Source: an uncultured Planctomycetia bacterium
Lineage (GTDB): Bacteria; Omnitrophota; Gorgyraeia; 2-02-FULL-51-18
NCBI GenBank assembly: GCA_964431835.1
Contig: CAYSKO010000002.1
Coordinates: 22,802-86,801 of the forward strand
Length of the DNA stretch: 64,000 bases
Reading direction: 5' to 3'
In this document: in pieces, positions 47,383-57,466 of the stretch
How positions within the stretch are numbered: position 1 is the first letter of the stretch
Layout of the letters: each line of letters opens with the position of its first letter
The notes under the pieces: model-generated
Told to the model about the DNA's origin: nothing
What the model saw: only the letters and a program-made list of their open reading frames with translations
Databases searched by the model: none
Position numbers and translations under genes: made by a program

Positions 47383-48519
47383 TTAGCGATTGTAGCTGAG
47401 CACCTCGAAGTCGGCGGCCGTGGAAGTGAAACCCGGCGGATTGGGCGCCGAATACGTGACGACAAGGTCGTTATGAGCGGTCGGGCTGATCGTCACGTTG
47501 CCCTGGGCGGCCAACGCGCCGGTCAAAGTAAAATCGCTGTGGTTTCCGTTCGAGTAAGTGAAATTACCGCCCGTATAGATAAGGCCGTCGACCGTGAGGT
47601 ACGCGCCACCGTTTCCGTTGCTCGAGTAGGTGAAATTTCCCTGGCAAAGAACCGAGGGATAAGTGCTTGAATGCGTGAAAGTCATGCGCGGGTACGTGCT
47701 GCCGCTCTTCGATATCGTGATATTTCCAGTCGCCACAATGCAGGAGGTGGTGCTTTGCGTGCCGGTGATGTCTATGTTGCCGTTCACGAAGATCACGCCG
47801 CCGGCCGGAGCGGCCGGGATCGGCGCGGCATTCGTATAGCTCCGGTTCGCGTTGTAGTAAAAACCGTTGGCCTGCGCGATTGTCTGGTAATAGTTGTAAC
47901 TCACCGAAGGAAAGTTCGCCGAGCCCGAAAAATTCGGCGCTTGCCCTCCGGAGACCGAGACGCTCCCCGAAGCCGTGATGCTGCCGCCCGCATCGACGGC
48001 GCCCGTGATGGTAAGAAGCGGGCCGTTAGACGCCCCGTCCAGGCTCGCGTTCCCTCCCGAATAGACGTCGCCTGTGATGACGCCCGGAGAGCTCGCCGTC
48101 CCCGTATCGATCGTCGCATTGCCACCGGCGGCGATCGCGTAATCTAAGGCGCCAATGCCCGGCGCCTGAACCTCAGCGGTGGACGTGCGTACCACTCCGT
48201 CGACGGTGCCGGTCGCGTTCACGAGCGTTCGTCCGCCCGTCGTGGAAACGGTATAGCTGTACGTTCCTTCCCCCAGAGATGTGCTTCCGAACGAAGAGCT
48301 CGTCGCAAAAGTCGAGTCGAGGCTCGAAAGCGCGCGCGCCAAACCTGCGTCGGCGAGGTGTTTGGCCTGGAGCGATTTGTTCAGGCGCTTCACGAAATGC
48401 ATGTCCTTCGACGTGAGGCTGAAGATGGAGGAGCCCACGAGAACCATCATGAAGAGGGAGACCATCGTGGTGATGAAGATGGTCCCTTTTTCCGATTGTG
48501 CAAACCGACTCACTTGCAT
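47383..48519 (-). CDS. PilX-like minor pilin with beta-solenoid C-terminal domain (paralog 1)
   Basis: EKG/TIFIT; QAKHLADAGLARA; similar to the neighbouring gene. Confidence 0.75.
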   Translation of the reverse strand: MQVSRFAQSEKGTIFITTMVSLFMMVLVGSSIFSLTSKDMHFVKRLNKSLQAKHLADAGLARALSSLDSTFATSSSFGSTSLGEGTYSYTVSTTGGRTLVNATGTVDGVVRTSTAEVQAPGIGALDYAIAAGGNATIDTGTASSPGVITGDVYSGGNASLDGASNGPLLTITGAVDAGGSITASGSVSVSGGQAPNFSGSANFPSVSYNYYQTIAQANGFYYNANRSYTNAAPIPAAPAGGVIFVNGNIDITGTQSTTSCIVATGNITISKSGSTYPRMTFTHSSTYPSVLCQGNFTYSSNGNGGAYLTVDGLIYTGGNFTYSNGNHSDFTLTGALAAQGNVTISPTAHNDLVVTYSAPNPPGFTSTAADFEVLSYNR

Positions 48520-48545
48520 GGCTCCCCCTCCCCTCCCGGTTGTCG

Positions 48546-50588
48546 TCATTTACCCGTGTTCCGGGCCGTCTCTTCGGCGTTCAGGGACGCTTCGTAAGTC
48601 CTTCCCCGGTATTCGTCGGACGCCGTCAGTTTGATTTCGATGCCCTTCACGGTTTCCTCGCCGTCGACGAGCACTCGGAACTGCCCGTAGCTCGGCTTTA
48701 AGGTGTAATAGCCGCTCAGTTCAACGAGCGCGGTCTGTCCGGGCCACCGGACGTCGACGTTGTCGATAGTGGGATAAGTGGCGTAGGGGGACGCGCCGTT
48801 CATCGTGGCCTGGAACTGCACGTAACGACCGCTTCCGATGCCGGCGAGCGCGTATGGAGACGAGCTCGAACCCGCGATGCTGGTCCACGCCGTCGCTCCG
48901 GTCATGTCGGAATTCGCGGACGTGCGCGCCTTGAGAAGAACGCTCGCGCTGGCGGGTAGAGTCCGGGTGAACGTCATCGTAGTGTACGCGGGAGCGGTCA
49001 TCATCGTGTCGTAGACCTGGGAGGTCGCAGCGCCGCTCGCCACCCAGCCGGCCACCTCGACGGCTGCGAACACGCGGTCGTCCGAATCAAAGGTCGCCGG
49101 CAGCCATGAAGACGTGACGTCCGTGCCCGTGTCGTCTTTACGGTAGGAATAAGTGGGAGACGCGCCCGCTTCGAGCCAGGTCTCGCCGCCGCTTCCGGAC
49201 GCGACGTTCATACTGACGAGATAATCCGGGCACGCGGCCCCCGGGGTGATCGCGTATTCGAACCAGTTGCTCCAGAGATGTCGGCCCGCCGGCACGGTCT
49301 TCGTACTCAACGTGCCGGCCCCCACCGCGCCCACGGGATCAGCATTGCCCAAAATGACCGTCGCGTTGTCAAAATAGAGCTGGGTTGCGCCGCCCGAGAA
49401 ATCCTCGGCACCGGTTCCGTCCGTTTCGCGGCCCTGGCGAACGCCGAAGTACGCGGAATTGATGACGAGGTCCGAGCCCGCGGACGCAACGAACTTCACG
49501 CGGATCATGTTCGCCGCGCGCTGGATATACTGGCCGTTTATCACGGTACGCACCGTGCGCTGGCCGCTGATGGTCTCCGAGCCTTGAGCGCCGGAGATCG
49601 TCTGCGAGTCCGCCTGCCAATTCGGCGTAAGTCCCTGCGTTTCCCGGCTCGCCAGGGAGAGAACGTAATTTGTGCTCGTGATCTCCGTATTCGAGTGCGT
49701 CATGTTGTCGAAGTTCGATTCGAGCCAGGAGTCGTAAGGCACGTCGAAAGTGATATGGTTCCCGACGGCCGTGCACGCGAAATTTTTGCTGTAATTGCCG
49801 CCCCAGAGAGCGGTCGTGTACGGGGTCATGAGCTCGTCGGCCGGAGAGGCGCCGGACGAGGAATTAACCGTCAAAGCTTCAGCTTCGCGGCTGCCGCTGC
49901 TGGGGGTCAGCGCGATCGAATCGATTCCGATTCCGTAGCTGCTCGACGACGGATTCTTGCCCGTTACTTCAAAGCGCACCAGGTGCGTTCCCGACGTCAG
50001 GCGCACGCTACCGAAATTGGTGTTGGAACTGCGGCTTACACTCGCGGCATACCCGTCGAACGTCGGGCTTTGGGGAACGATCTCGAGCGTGATGTCTTCG
50101 GCTTTGAAAAGCGTGCGGGTCGTGCCGCCACTTACCGTTCCGGTCGTGACCGCGGTATCGAGCTGCGTCTGACGCGTCGCAGAACTCGAATTGTATGTCG
50201 GAAGGACCGTCCGGCGGAATTCGGTAAGCGAGCCGTTCACGAAAATGTGGTAAATGATTGTCGAATCCCACGCGATTTGTCCGCTCGACATCGTATAAAA
50301 CCCGTTTCCGTTCCGCGTGGCGCGCGGAAGGCTGATGCCGGTATAGGGTGTCGTGTTCGTCGGATAAAAAAGGATCCCGTTTCCATCAGAAAGACGCGTA
50401 TCCTCCTTCACTCTCTCCATGGCGCTCTCGATCTGAACCCGAAGGGTGCTGCGGACGCTCTCCTCCTTCCATATCTTCGTGGAATACGTCCAGGCGCTGA
50501 TAACCGACATGAGGAAGGCGCCGCCCAGTCCGAGGGCGACCATCGCCTCGACGAGGGAAAAACCGACAGCGGATCGATTCAAGCGCAT
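48546..50588 (-). CDS. very large PilW-like pilin (680 aa) with inserted beta-rich domains
   Basis: G/FSLVE prepilin site; Ser/Thr/Gly-rich beta domains; GRYVQFQA motif. Confidence 0.7.
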   Translation of the reverse strand: MRLNRSAVGFSLVEAMVALGLGGAFLMSVISAWTYSTKIWKEESVRSTLRVQIESAMERVKEDTRLSDGNGILFYPTNTTPYTGISLPRATRNGNGFYTMSSGQIAWDSTIIYHIFVNGSLTEFRRTVLPTYNSSSATRQTQLDTAVTTGTVSGGTTRTLFKAEDITLEIVPQSPTFDGYAASVSRSSNTNFGSVRLTSGTHLVRFEVTGKNPSSSSYGIGIDSIALTPSSGSREAEALTVNSSSGASPADELMTPYTTALWGGNYSKNFACTAVGNHITFDVPYDSWLESNFDNMTHSNTEITSTNYVLSLASRETQGLTPNWQADSQTISGAQGSETISGQRTVRTVINGQYIQRAANMIRVKFVASAGSDLVINSAYFGVRQGRETDGTGAEDFSGGATQLYFDNATVILGNADPVGAVGAGTLSTKTVPAGRHLWSNWFEYAITPGAACPDYLVSMNVASGSGGETWLEAGASPTYSYRKDDTGTDVTSSWLPATFDSDDRVFAAVEVAGWVASGAATSQVYDTMMTAPAYTTMTFTRTLPASASVLLKARTSANSDMTGATAWTSIAGSSSSPYALAGIGSGRYVQFQATMNGASPYATYPTIDNVDVRWPGQTALVELSGYYTLKPSYGQFRVLVDGEETVKGIEIKLTASDEYRGRTYEASLNAEETARNTGK

Positions 50589-50589
50589 T

Positions 50590-51003
50590 TCATCCTCCGT
50601 TGTAAATCACGGTCGTGACTTCCATGGCGCTCGGGCTTTGAGTTCCCCTGAATTCGTACCAGACGCTCACGTCGGCACGCGTCAAGAGCGGATCGGAATT
50701 GTAACTCGTCGTGATCGTGGTGGTGCGCAAATATGTTCCGTTGGCGTCGGACTCTCCGTCCTGATTGATGCGGATTTGAGACGCTTCACCAGCGTCCGCG
50801 AGCGAAGAAAAGTCAGTGGTCTTCAAGCGTTCGACGTGATTTTTGGCCAGGTTGAACGCGGTATAAGCCATTTCCGCGCGTCGGGCGAGCGTCACGGACT
50901 GGGTGAAAACCCCCAGAAGCGCGGCTATTCCGATCGCGAAAAGCGTCACCGCGATCATGAGTTCGACTAGGCTCGTTCCCGTTTGAGAGGTTCTTAGGCG
51001 CAT
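50590..51003 (-). CDS. minor pilin, PilV-like
   Basis: G/TSLVELMIA; LAKNHVE.LK; ADVSVW. Confidence 0.75.
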   Translation of the reverse strand: MRLRTSQTGTSLVELMIAVTLFAIGIAALLGVFTQSVTLARRAEMAYTAFNLAKNHVERLKTTDFSSLADAGEASQIRINQDGESDANGTYLRTTTITTSYNSDPLLTRADVSVWYEFRGTQSPSAMEVTTVIYNGG

Positions 51004-51076
51004 ATGCAATTATTATCAATAATTATTAAGACATGTATAATCCTAATTAAAAGTATACCATAATTGACTCAAAAGG

Positions 51077-51120
51077 GAAGGCCCTCCTCCCTCCCCATGC
51101 GGGTCGGAAGAAGGGCCTTT
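51077..51120 (-). terminator. terminator of the porin gene
   Basis: AAGGCCCT...AGGGCCTT stem with T-run on the - strand. Confidence 0.6.
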
Positions 51121-51150
51121 TAATACGACTAACGTCTTACCGGGAAGTTC

Positions 51151-52542
51151 TTAGAAGACCACCTTCACTTCGGTGATGTATTCGCTAGCCGTATCGTCGT
51201 TCGGCGAGAGGTACTGATCGCCGGCGAAGAACCAGTTGGCCATGAAGGTGAAAGTCACGTCTTCCGTGTACGAGTAAATGGCGGCGAGATCGAGCTCGGT
51301 GCCGATATCCTCGTTCAGGGTCGAAGTGCCGGCTCCGGCGACGTCCTCGTCGTTCCAGAACCACCACCAGTTGGCCGTCAGCTTCAGATCTTCGAGCGGA
51401 TTCATCGAACCATACACCGAAATGTGGTTCTGGTTCTGACCCGCGACCTGATCCGTCGTCTGCGCCGTCTGGAAGTACGTCTCCTTGTAGTCGTGGATCC
51501 AACCGTAGACCGGCAGGCGGAACGAACCGTTCCAAGAGCCGTATTCTTCGGTGGTCGCGCCGAGGTTGTCGTCACCCGACAGGTGCACGAACTGGAGGCC
51601 GAGCATCGGCTTCCAGACGTAGTCGAAGCGGTACTCGGCGAAGATATCCATGCCGAGCGCGGAGCGATCGCGGATCGGACCCGTCGTCGCGGCGTAATCG
51701 CCGAACTGGTATGCGAGTTCCGCGCCCAGGGTCATCTGCGTGATCGGGTCGAACTGCACGCGGCCGCCGACTGTGTGCGTGTCGCTGGTACGCGTCGCAC
51801 CCCCGACGTTGGGACCGGCGCGATCGATGTCACCGACCCAGTAGCCTTCCGCCACCGCGTTGTATTCCGCGAACTTGTAGTTCACGTTCGCGATCCACAG
51901 GTCACGGTCGTCTTCCGGGTTGTGGGAGTTCTCGTCGATCTTGGAGTAGACGAGGTCGACGGTCCACGGGTTGAAATCAAGCGTCGCACGGATCGCGTCG
52001 AACGACTGGATCTGCGTGAACTCGTCCGCTTGGATCGAGTTCGCGGGATCCTGCGGGTTCCAGCCGACGATGAAGCCGCGACCGAACACGATGTCCTGAC
52101 GGCCGATCGTGAGCGTGAGAGGAGCGTAGAAGATCTCCTTCATCTGCACGTAGGCCAAATCGAGCATCAAGTCGAACTCCTGGGTCGCGTTGGCGCCGCC
52201 GGCGCTGAACACATCGGCGTTCCAATCACGCTGGTTGATCACGTTCACGACGGTTGAGACGTTGTCCGTCAGATCCGCGCTCACCTGCACCTGCGTGATG
52301 CTCATGAAGTACGTGTCCCCGTCGGAACGCTGCGTCGCCGTACCGCCCGTGAGAGCGGCGCCCGGAGCGAGCGAACCGATGTCGTTCCCGCTGTTCAGGT
52401 CGAAGTTATCGCGGGCGATCGCATAAGCGTCGAGCGAACCCGACACCTTGACGTTCTGCGTTTCTGCGAACGCGGAAGCCGAAACGGCCAGCGCGAGCGC
52501 GAAAACGAACATAGCTTTGAATGCCTTCAAGTGTGCCTCCAA
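51151..52542 (-). CDS. outer-membrane beta-barrel, alginate-export family-like; probably highly expressed
   Basis: Signal peptide; LAYVQ, TIGRQDI.FG.G, FDAIR, IGTELDL; terminal Phe. Confidence 0.8.
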   Translation of the reverse strand: MEAHLKAFKAMFVFALALAVSASAFAETQNVKVSGSLDAYAIARDNFDLNSGNDIGSLAPGAALTGGTATQRSDGDTYFMSITQVQVSADLTDNVSTVVNVINQRDWNADVFSAGGANATQEFDLMLDLAYVQMKEIFYAPLTLTIGRQDIVFGRGFIVGWNPQDPANSIQADEFTQIQSFDAIRATLDFNPWTVDLVYSKIDENSHNPEDDRDLWIANVNYKFAEYNAVAEGYWVGDIDRAGPNVGGATRTSDTHTVGGRVQFDPITQMTLGAELAYQFGDYAATTGPIRDRSALGMDIFAEYRFDYVWKPMLGLQFVHLSGDDNLGATTEEYGSWNGSFRLPVYGWIHDYKETYFQTAQTTDQVAGQNQNHISVYGSMNPLEDLKLTANWWWFWNDEDVAGAGTSTLNEDIGTELDLAAIYSYTEDVTFTFMANWFFAGDQYLSPNDDTASEYITEVKVVF

Positions 52543-52749
52543 ATTGCCTTTTAATGGTCTATTTTAGGTAGAGCTTCAGGAACCGGTCTTCACCGGCCGG
52601 CGATCGTGAGCCTTAAGGGTTTCCCCACCTCCTTCCGCGGCGTCATTTACGGTCGCCTTCTTCTTCTTTGAACCGACGTGCCAATCATAGCGGGGTAATG
52701 TTAACAGGATGTAACGGGGGTGTTAATAGTGTTTTGCGGCGGGGCGGGG

Positions 52750-53703
52750 CTACCTGCGCGAGCGGGCGTCGTAGACGTAACGGGCGAAATAAAGATCCAG
52801 CGCGGCGATTCCCGTCGAGTCGAAGATCGTGACGTCCGAAGGCCGCGTGCGGACCTTCTTCTTTCCCGCGACGACCTGCGCGAGATCCGCCTTGAGATCG
52901 TGCCTCTTAAAAAGACCCCTCGCGACGGGCACGTTGATCTCCCCGCTGTGCGAGGCCTGCTCCCAATCGTCGACGACCACCTTAGAGGAAAGGACGAGTG
53001 CGGGCTCGAGCTCTTCCTTCCCCTGCGCGTCCGCGCCGATCGCGTTCACGTGGGCGCCGGCCTTGATCCATGCTTTGCGGACAAGAGGACGACGCGACGG
53101 AGTGCACGTGACGACGATGTCGGCGTCTTCCACGCAGCGGCGCACGTCCCTCGCCGGGGTCAAACGGAGCGAGGCGGAGCCGTATTTTCCGCAGAAACGC
53201 TCGGCTTCGCCGGGCAGAAATCCCCACACGGAAGCGGATTGGAAACGGAAGATCGCCTCGAGCGCGCGCAGCTGGTAACGGGCCTGCAGGCCTGCCCCGA
53301 CAATCGCCAGGCGAACGGGGTTCGGATTCGCGAGGTGCTTTGCGGCAACCGCGGCTGCGGCGGCGGTGCGAAGAGCTGTGATGCCGTTGGCTGCAACCAC
53401 GGCCAGAAGTTCGCCCGTTTCGGCGGAATTAAGGAGGATCGTTCCGTTCACTGTCGGGAGACCCCTGGCGGGATTTTTCGGGTGGACGCTCACCCATTTG
53501 ATGCCCGCAGCACTCCCCTTGGGCGACGAGTAGGCCGCCGGCATCGCTCGAAAATCGTCGCCACCGGCGAGCGTGAGGTACATCTTGGCGGGCATGCGAA
53601 CGCGGCCGGCCGCTAGGAGACGGAATGTTTCTTCGGCGAGCCGGAATGCCGTCGGCTCGCCGAGCGCGGCGGCCGCCTCCGTCTCGTTGATATAAGGAAT
53701 CAC
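52750..53703 (-). CDS. ornithine cyclodeaminase / mu-crystallin (archaeal-type alanine dehydrogenase) family
   Basis: FRAMPA, GIKWVSVHP.N, TALRTAA, GAG.QA, FDSTG.A. Confidence 0.9.
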   Translation of the reverse strand: MIPYINETEAAAALGEPTAFRLAEETFRLLAAGRVRMPAKMYLTLAGGDDFRAMPAAYSSPKGSAAGIKWVSVHPKNPARGLPTVNGTILLNSAETGELLAVVAANGITALRTAAAAAVAAKHLANPNPVRLAIVGAGLQARYQLRALEAIFRFQSASVWGFLPGEAERFCGKYGSASLRLTPARDVRRCVEDADIVVTCTPSRRPLVRKAWIKAGAHVNAIGADAQGKEELEPALVLSSKVVVDDWEQASHSGEINVPVARGLFKRHDLKADLAQVVAGKKKVRTRPSDVTIFDSTGIAALDLYFARYVYDARSRR

Positions 53704-54113
53704 TTCGTCTTTTTAGCCAGGAGCGCGTTGATTCGGTCGGCCACACCTTTCAGGTCGTCGTTTTCCCGCACGTGGATCCGGCGGTCCGCGTCTCCGCCCA
53801 GGATGCGGTCGAGCTCGCCTTCGAGACGCGCGACAGGTCCTGCAAAACGGTGCGAAACGACGAGCGCCATCCTTAAGATGGCCGCCACGACGAGCGGTAG
53901 CCCCACGAGAAGCACCCCATTCACCCTGCGGATGACCGGCGCGAGGTTCGCCGCGATCGCCTCGGGAAAAGCCATCTGGCGCGCCAGGAGCTCGAACACG
54001 ACGTAGTACAAGCACGCCCCTAGGAAAAGCGCGGGAACGGCCATCGCGAGCGCGACGAACCGCATGTATTTCGCCTGCACCGGGTGCCCGGTAAACCATT
54101 TTTTTCTGGCCAT
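53700..54113 (-). CDS. small 2-TM HAMP-like protein
   Basis: Two TMs; SHRFAGP..R, REND.L..VAD.IN. Confidence 0.7.
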   Translation of the reverse strand: MARKKWFTGHPVQAKYMRFVALAMAVPALFLGACLYYVVFELLARQMAFPEAIAANLAPVIRRVNGVLLVGLPLVVAAILRMALVVSHRFAGPVARLEGELDRILGGDADRRIHVRENDDLKGVADRINALLAKKTK

Positions 54114-54892
54114 CAGCCGAGAGTCTCCTTTTTTACTTTCAGCGTGAAATCCCCGAAATCCGCGCGCGTCGTCGTCCTCGTGTTGTCCGAATCGCTCATC
54201 ACGGCGACGGCGCCCACGGAACGGCGGGGTTCCTCTCCGAAAAGAGTCCGGTAATCTTCGTGGAGATCGCGAAGCTCCGTCTTCCATCCCCCCGCTTCGG
54301 AGCCTGCCTTTCCGCTGCGGATCACGAAAAGCTTCACGCGGCCGGAGAACGGGCTCGAGGCAACGGTACCTTCCGGCAGACTTTCGTCCCAGATATACTC
54401 GATCACGTTCGTATTGAAAAACGTGCTACCCGGAAAAACCACGTAAATACGCACGGCGAAGTCGTCCTGCCCGCGGTCGGATAGGCGCTCCGGCCTGTTT
54501 TTATCGGGGAATTCCAACGCCCGCCACCGCCACGAAAGGAACACCCCCGGCTCCACGCGGAACTCGGTCCGATAAAAGAGACCCGACGACGCGTTGGAGC
54601 TCGTCGCGCTCAGGTACACTTCCACGCCCTCGGTAACCACCTTATAAGAGGACTTCCCCTTAAAAATCTTCTCCTCCCACTTTTTAAGCGCCTCGGGCGT
54701 GTCGGTGGGAAAGGTTTTCACGACCTCGAAGGGGTCGACGGCAGGAGGAGGCGGTGCTTTGGGAACCGGGGCGGCGGACATTGCCGGAAGCGGAATGGGA
54801 CGCGCGGCTTCTTGATTCAGCACGGACAGCCACACTGCCGCTTCGAGCAGAAGAACGAGAGACAGAAACCGGACCCGTTCGCGCGCGCTCAA
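54113..54892 (-). CDS. DUF3047-like membrane-anchored protein (start approximate)
   Basis: LSWRW, DDFAVRIYVVF, IEYIW, RDL.EDY..LFGE, MSDSDNT. Confidence 0.75.
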   Translation of the reverse strand: MSARERVRFLSLVLLLEAAVWLSVLNQEAARPIPLPAMSAAPVPKAPPPPAVDPFEVVKTFPTDTPEALKKWEEKIFKGKSSYKVVTEGVEVYLSATSSNASSGLFYRTEFRVEPGVFLSWRWRALEFPDKNRPERLSDRGQDDFAVRIYVVFPGSTFFNTNVIEYIWDESLPEGTVASSPFSGRVKLFVIRSGKAGSEAGGWKTELRDLHEDYRTLFGEEPRRSVGAVAVMSDSDNTRTTTRADFGDFTLKVKKETLG

Positions 54893-56508
54893 GGGCGGTA
54901 CCCGTTCGTAAGAGGCATCCTGCGGTCGCGGCCGAAGGCCTTCGGCGTGATTTTCACTCCCGGAGGCGCCTGCCGGCGTTTGTACTCGTTCGCGTAGATC
55001 ATCCGCGCGGTTTTTTTTGCGACGGATGCCGGGACGCCGGTGCGCACGATCTCCGCCACGGGGCGGTCCCGTTCGACGAACGCCTCGATGAAACGGTCGA
55101 GCACCGGATACGGAGGTAGGGAGTCCTGGTCCTTTTGTCCGTGGCGAAGTTCGGCGGTCGGAGGGCGGCGCAGGATCGATTCCGGGATCCTTCCCTTCTT
55201 CGAGAGCGCGTTCCTTCGGCGGGACAGCCGGAAGACGAGCGTCTTGGGAACGTCCTTGAGAGGCGCGAAACCTCCCGCCATGTCGCCGTAAAGCGTACAG
55301 TAACCCGTCGCGATCTCGCTCTTGTTTCCAGTCGTCAGCACCAAATGACCGAATTTGTTCGAAAGGGCCATGAGAAGGGTCCCGCGGACGCGCGCCTGCA
55401 GATTCTCCTCGGCTGCGTCCGGCTTCCGCCCGCCGAACACCGGCGCGAGGGCCGCGAGAAAAGCCTCGAAGACCGGCGTGATGCGGATCTCGCGGCATTC
55501 GATTCCGAACGATTTCGCTAGCGTCCACGCGTCGCGCAGCGTGCCCTTGGACGAATAGGGAGAAGGCATCGTGACGCCGAGCACGTTTTCCGCGCCGAGC
55601 GCGTCGACGGCGATGCGGGCCACGAGCGCGGAGTCAATTCCGCCCGAAAGCCCGATCGCCACTTTCGAGAAACCGTTCTTCCGGACGTAATCGCGCGTGC
55701 CAAGTGTAAGCGCGTGGTAGACCTCGTCCTCGTCCGAAAGCGGCCGCTCCGGGCGCGCGCCACGCTTGCTCCGCGGGTCCACCCAGATCAGATCCTCCTC
55801 GAACCGCTTTGCCGCTCCTAAAACCCGTCCCTCAGGATCCATCGCGACGCTGCCACCGTCGAACACGAGCTCGTCCTGCCCACCGACCAAGTTTGCGTAA
55901 AGAACTGTCGCGCGCGTACGCGCCGCGAGTTTTTTTAGAAGCTTTTCCCTTTCGGACTGCTTGCCGCGGTGATACGGCGACGCGGAGAGATTGGCGATCA
56001 CGTCGACTGAACCCGCGTATTCCGGCCGGTAGACGAAACTTTCCTCTTGCCAGATATCCTCGCAGATCGTCACGCCGACGCGGAAGCCTTGGATATCCAC
56101 CACCAACGGCTCTGCGCCAGGATGGAAATAGCGGCGTTCGTCGAACACGCCGTAATTCGGAAGTTGGTTTTTACGGTAGACGCTCTCGAGGCGTCCGTTT
56201 CGGAAAAAAGCGGCGGCGTTGTAAAGGCGGTCGTCCGGCCCCCGGTCGACGAAACCGACCAGCGCGGACAGGCGCCGGGTATGGACGCCAAGGTGTGCGA
56301 GAGCGCGGAGATTCGCGGACACGAAGCCGCCCTGAAACAACAGATCTTCCGGCGGGTATCCCGTAAGCGCGAGCTCTGGAAAGACGACGAGTGAAGCGCC
56401 GCCGCGACGCGCGACGCCGAGCGCGTCAGCGATCTTCCGGAAGTTGCCCTCCAGGTCGCCGACCGTCGCGTTGGCTTGGGCCAAGCAGAAGCGGGCGTGG
56501 GGCTTCAC
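54889..56508 (-). CDS. nadE: glutamine-dependent NAD+ synthetase
   Basis: Nitrilase domain (FPEL, ICEDIW, SASPY), GLSGGIDSA, ENLQAR, TGNKSE, NEYKRRQ. Confidence 0.95.
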   Translation of the reverse strand: MKPHARFCLAQANATVGDLEGNFRKIADALGVARRGGASLVVFPELALTGYPPEDLLFQGGFVSANLRALAHLGVHTRRLSALVGFVDRGPDDRLYNAAAFFRNGRLESVYRKNQLPNYGVFDERRYFHPGAEPLVVDIQGFRVGVTICEDIWQEESFVYRPEYAGSVDVIANLSASPYHRGKQSEREKLLKKLAARTRATVLYANLVGGQDELVFDGGSVAMDPEGRVLGAAKRFEEDLIWVDPRSKRGARPERPLSDEDEVYHALTLGTRDYVRKNGFSKVAIGLSGGIDSALVARIAVDALGAENVLGVTMPSPYSSKGTLRDAWTLAKSFGIECREIRITPVFEAFLAALAPVFGGRKPDAAEENLQARVRGTLLMALSNKFGHLVLTTGNKSEIATGYCTLYGDMAGGFAPLKDVPKTLVFRLSRRRNALSKKGRIPESILRRPPTAELRHGQKDQDSLPPYPVLDRFIEAFVERDRPVAEIVRTGVPASVAKKTARMIYANEYKRRQAPPGVKITPKAFGRDRRMPLTNGYRP

Positions 56509-56843
56509 AGGGACAGGGTCGTGCGGGTGCGGGAATCCCGCTCGAGAGACAGGCTGCGCAGGCGCGCAGGTGCGGCGGCGCGTTCTACGATCGGCCAAAA
56601 GGCGGCAAGGAGAGAGCGGTCATCAATCGAAGTCCCCTTCAAGAAATCCACATGGATCCCGAGGTCGCGCGATTCGATCTTCGAAACGAGTTCGCGTTCT
56701 ACCGTCTCCACGAAACGTGTCTCGGCTTCCTCGTCCGCGGGGGCTTCGAGGGCGGCTTCGAGGACAAAATTGCGGCCGAGCACCTTCTCCCCTCTGGCGT
56801 AACTCGCGCTGAACGGGAACTGCTTCGTAAAGAGGAGGGTCAT
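56505..56843 (-). CDS. degenerate QueD/PTPS-like T-fold protein
   Basis: F.FSAS...G.NF.LE layout like PTPS but without the His ligands; next to folE. Confidence 0.5.
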   Translation of the reverse strand: MTLLFTKQFPFSASYARGEKVLGRNFVLEAALEAPADEEAETRFVETVERELVSKIESRDLGIHVDFLKGTSIDDRSLLAAFWPIVERAAAPARLRSLSLERDSRTRTTLSL

Positions 56844-56862
56844 CGCGGCAGGCGCGGCGCGC

Positions 56863-57423
56863 CTACTTCTTACCGGTGAGGTTCATGAACTCCATGCGGG
56901 TGCCGCGGTCCGTTCTGAACGCGCCGAGCATCGAGCTTGTCACGCAGGTGGCGTTCCGTTGTTCGACTCCGCGCATGGCCATGCAAAGATGGACGCATTC
57001 GATCGTGACGGCGACGCCGAGTGGATCGAGCGCTTCCTGCAGGCAGTTGGCGATCTGCTGCGTGAGCCTCTCCTGCACCTGCAGGCGGCGCGCGAAAATG
57101 TCGACGATCCGCGGAATTTTGGACAAGCCGATGATACGACCCTTCGGCAGATAAGCGACGTGGCAGCGACCGTAGAACGGGAGAAGATGGTGCTCGCAAA
57201 GGCTGTAGACGTCGATGTCCTTCACGATCACCATCTCGTCGTAGCTCTCGTCAAAAATGGCGCCGTTCAAAACTTCGCGGACGTCGCGCTTGTACCCACT
57301 CGTCAAATAGGCGTAGGCGGCCTTCACGCGCTTGGGGGTCCGGCGCAGGCCCTGCCGCTCGGGATGCTCACCCAGCGCGATTAGAAGATCACGTGTCAGG
57401 TCTTCGATGTTCTTTTTCTTCAT
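56863..57423 (-). CDS. folE: GTP cyclohydrolase I
   Basis: [36 protein letters not shown]. Confidence 0.95.
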   Translation of the reverse strand: MKKKNIEDLTRDLLIALGEHPERQGLRRTPKRVKAAYAYLTSGYKRDVREVLNGAIFDESYDEMVIVKDIDVYSLCEHHLLPFYGRCHVAYLPKGRIIGLSKIPRIVDIFARRLQVQERLTQQIANCLQEALDPLGVAVTIECVHLCMAMRGVEQRNATCVTSSMLGAFRTDRGTRMEFMNLTGKK

Positions 57424-57466
57424 AGGGCTCAATTATAAGGGGGTTCGAACGGGCCTACAACGAATA

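Noticed and set aside
46242-48519. Shufflon or DGR-type diversification of the pilin tips or fibres
   Set aside because: No recombinase, reverse transcriptase, inverted cassettes or near-identical template repeats seen; the paralogs look like old duplicates
52545-52745. Riboswitch or sRNA upstream of the porin gene
   Set aside because: Only short hairpins; no recognisable conserved aptamer motif
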